A stretch of DNA of 64,000 nt, taken from NCBI RefSeq assembly GCF_009914755.1, contig NC_060930.1. One strand, 5' to 3'. Under the pieces are notes generated by a model, which saw nothing but the letters and a program-made list of their open reading frames with translations, made no database searches and was not told the origin of the DNA. This stretch comes from the human T2T-CHM13v2.0 reference genome, Homo sapiens. Positions 60,086-64,000 of the stretch are shown piece after piece. Both the position numbers and the translations under genes were made by a program. How positions within the stretch are numbered: the stretch's first letter is position 1; each line of letters starts with the position of its first letter.

Positions 60086-61443
60086 AGGTAATAAGGTGCT
60101 TTTCTCGACTCTAACCTCCATAATAAGGCTGGAAAGGAGCCAAATCCAGCCCATCTTTCTTGTTTTTGCATTCATCATCAATTGAGACAGAAAATAGTTT
60201 TAAATCAAAGAGCCTATAAGCATATGTTAAATGCTATTAAATACTCACTAACAATAGAATTTCTTCATGGCAACAGAAAACTGGCTCATCCTCTTGGTCA
60301 TTTTGGAAATGAGATTTTTTTTAAACCTCATTCATAGCTATGTTCCATTTTCTTAAGATGCTGCTTATGTTTACTTACTGTATCCAAGGAATTGAAGCAT
60401 TAAATTCATTAGGTGTTGTTTAAACAAGACAGGAAGTATAGTCAAAGGCATAATTTAATATTTTGGAACATTTGGCACAGTCAAAAACCAAGTAGACTCC
60501 TGATTAGATATGCTGTGATCCAGTTTCATGAAACTCAACTAGAATGCTTTTACTATGAAATAACTTTTGCAGCTGAACTTTTTGACTTCCATATCAGGAT
60601 GTCAACATATCCTTTAATATATTTCATCCTACTTATAAATATTTCACTATAATTATAGCATTTTATTAATTTATTTTCCAATATATAAGCTAGTATTTGT
60701 AATGTGCAAGTCAATATGTTAAGATAAAAAGAGCTTATTGCAAATTTTTTACAGCTACAGGTGATTTTTTCAGAGGTTTAACACTAGCTGCACAGTTTAT
60801 ACAAATTATTCGCAAAGGAAGATAGCAGAGAACTTACTAGAAGCTAATGTGGAAAAAATTTCAAATATAACTAGTTGAGAAATTTGAACTTTATTCTGAA
60901 AGTAATGGGGAGCCTCTGAAGAATTTCAATCAGTAAAACACCCAGATTATGTTTCACAAAGATTATTTAATTCCCTTCACTGCACTATTTTTTAAAACTT
61001 ATTTACTGTGTTTTCTCCAACTAGAATATAAGGTCGACAAGACTACAGCACATATCTGTGTATTCACTGTTATATCCCCTACACCTTTTATAATGTCAGG
61101 TGCGGGAGGTAAACAAAAATGGCTGAAAAGCTAATACTTTTTTCTTTCCTTTTTTTTGGCCGTGAACCACCACCACCACCACCATAATAATTAAAGTCTT
61201 GAACCCAAGAATTGTTAGTGAGGGCACAAATTAGAACACTCTGAAAATATTAAAGAGCAAGAATTAAACACTGGTGACCAAAAGGATATGGGCAATGGGG
61301 AAAAGTAAAAGCAGGAATCTTTTACAGTATTTCAAAAATTACCATAAAACTACAGCAATAAAGACAGTATAATAATGGCATAAGGGACAGACAAACAGAT
61401 CAACAGAATAGATTTGAGAGTCCAGAAATAAAAACTTATATTT

Positions 61444-61745
61444 GGTCAGGTGCAATGGCTCATGCCTGTAATTCTAGCACTTTGGAAGACCAAGAACGGG
61501 AGGATCACTTGAGCCCAGGAGTTCAAGACTAGCCTGGACAACATAGTGAGACTCCCTCTCTACAAAAAATAAAAAATTAGCTGGGCATGGCAGCACACAC
61601 CTGTAGTCCCTACTGCTTGGGAGGCTGCGGTGAGAGGATTATTTGAGCTTCGGATGTCGAGGCTACAGTGAGCCATGATTGTACCACTGTACCCCATCCT
61701 GAGTGACACAGCAAGACTCTGTCTCCAAAACAAAAAACAAAAAAA
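61444..61745 (+). mobile_element. Alu (AluJ-like)
   Basis: Dimer with A-rich tail. Confidence 0.92.
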
Positions 61746-61908
61746 CCTTAAATTTATGGTCAGTTGATTTTTGACAAAGACGCAGAGTTCAATCAACAGG
61801 GAAAATAATATTTCCAATAAATGGTATGGGGACAACTGGGTAGCCACATGCAAAAAAATAAAGTTGGACCCTTAACTCATACCATATACAAAAATTAACT
61901 CAAAACAG

Positions 61909-62219
<311 letters not shown>

Positions 62220-63242
62220 TCAAAATAGATCATAGATCTAAATATAAGAAGGAAAACTGTAAAATGCTATTTTCTACATAAAAGTAAATCTTCATAAGAT
62301 TAAGATGCTCTTAGACACAGCATGAGAAACAAAATAAAAATTAGATAAAGTGGACTTCATCAAAATTAAAAATTTTGTGTATCAAAGGACACCATCAAGA
62401 AGGTGAAAAAAACCACCCACAGAATGGGAGAAAATATTTGCAAACCATGCCTCTGAGAAGGGACTTGTATCTAGATACAAATAAAGAAACTTTCAACTCA
62501 ACAATAAAAAGAAAAATAACCCAGTTAAAAAATGGGCAAAGATATACAAATGGGCAACAAGGACATGAAAAGATGTTCAATGTCATAAGCCATTAAAGAA
62601 ATGCAAATCAAAGCCACAATGACACCAATTTACACCCATTAGGATGGCTAAAATGAAAAAGACCAACAATAGCAATTGTTGATGAAGATGTGGAGAAATG
62701 GAACCTTCATTCATTAATGGGATTTTAAAATCATACAGCCAGTTTTGAAAAGTTTAAAAAGGTAAAACAAAGTTACTATGTGACTCAGCAATTCTACTCT
62801 ACACATACACCAAAGAGAAATGAAAACATGTATTCACACAAGAACTTGTAAACTAATGCAACAGAAGCATTTTCATAACAGCCCAAAAGTAGAACCAACC
62901 CAAATATCCATTAGCTAATCAACTGTTACACAAAATGTGGTATATATTCATACACTAGAATATTATTTTGTTATAAAAAGAAATGAAGTACAACATAGAC
63001 GAACCCTGAAGATATTACACAAAGTGAAAGAAGCCAGGCAGAAATGGACAAATATTCCATAATTTCATGTATATGAAACATCCAGAGTAGGCAAATCCAT
63101 AAAGACAGAACTAGGGGTAGTGGGTAAATAGGTGGTGATAATTAACAGGTACCGAGGTTTTTTTGAGGGGAGTGGTAGAAATGTCCTAAAATTAGATAGT
63201 GGTAATGGTTGCACAACTCTGTAAATACACTAAAACCCACTA

Positions 63243-63563
<321 letters not shown>

Positions 63564-64000
63564 CCCACTAAACTGTATACTTAAAGAGGGTGAATTTTAT
63601 GGTATGTAAATTGTATCTAAATAAAGTTGTTATTAATATTAACACACACACACTCACACTCACACAACTTGTAGACTTTTGAATAGATCATTCTCCCCCT
63701 GGTGCTTTCCGTCTGACTGATGCAAAATTCTCAATTTCCGCAAATAAAAACACAAAAACTGTCCAAAATTTATATAGGTCTGAAAGTTAATTTAAGGAAT
63801 TATTAGAATATAAAGTCCTTGAAGGCTACAAAAATATCATAGTTCTACTTCCCTTCTTCATACTATTTTATACACAGTAAGTGCTCAATAAATGTCTGCT
63901 CAAATGAATCTTCAAAAAGAGATTAGGGAGCTTAAATGTTCAGAAAGAAGTACTTTTATAGCAAGGCTTTCCAGGTGAATACTGACCTCTGAATTTCATC

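Overview
This is primate, most likely human, euchromatic intronic DNA. It is AT-rich and about half interspersed repeats. I count about 34 Alu elements or monomers, many MIR/L2 relics, MER20/MER5/MER47/Tigger4 DNA-transposon fossils and MaLR LTRs. It also holds several nested old L1M elements, one solo ERV9 LTR (LTR12C-type) and one 5'-inverted L1PA3-type insertion with an apparent short 3' transduction. I recognised no cellular protein-coding sequence. The supplied ORFs are Alu, L1 or LTR artefacts or chance ORFs; the exceptions are genuine L1 ORF2 remnants and one ORF overlapping a candidate exon. Splice signals suggest the window lies inside a long minus-strand transcription unit with widely spaced candidate exons at 49406-49256, 32645-32536, 13247-13113, 6200-5944 and about 2754/2725-2707. 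These look like uORF-rich 5'UTR or lncRNA exons, and I could not identify the host gene. The best leads are: (i) an exon that can be read either as a 257-nt uORF-bearing exon or as a 12-nt microexon with an SRRM4-like signature, tightly bracketed by inverted Alus; (ii) a sense-oriented LTR12C with an intact promoter but an apparently mutated poly(A) signal, upstream of these exons; (iii) the twin-primed L1 carrying a source-tracing tag. Repeat subfamily calls rest on recalled consensus sequences, and exon calls come from splice motifs only. Nothing here demonstrates a new biological system.
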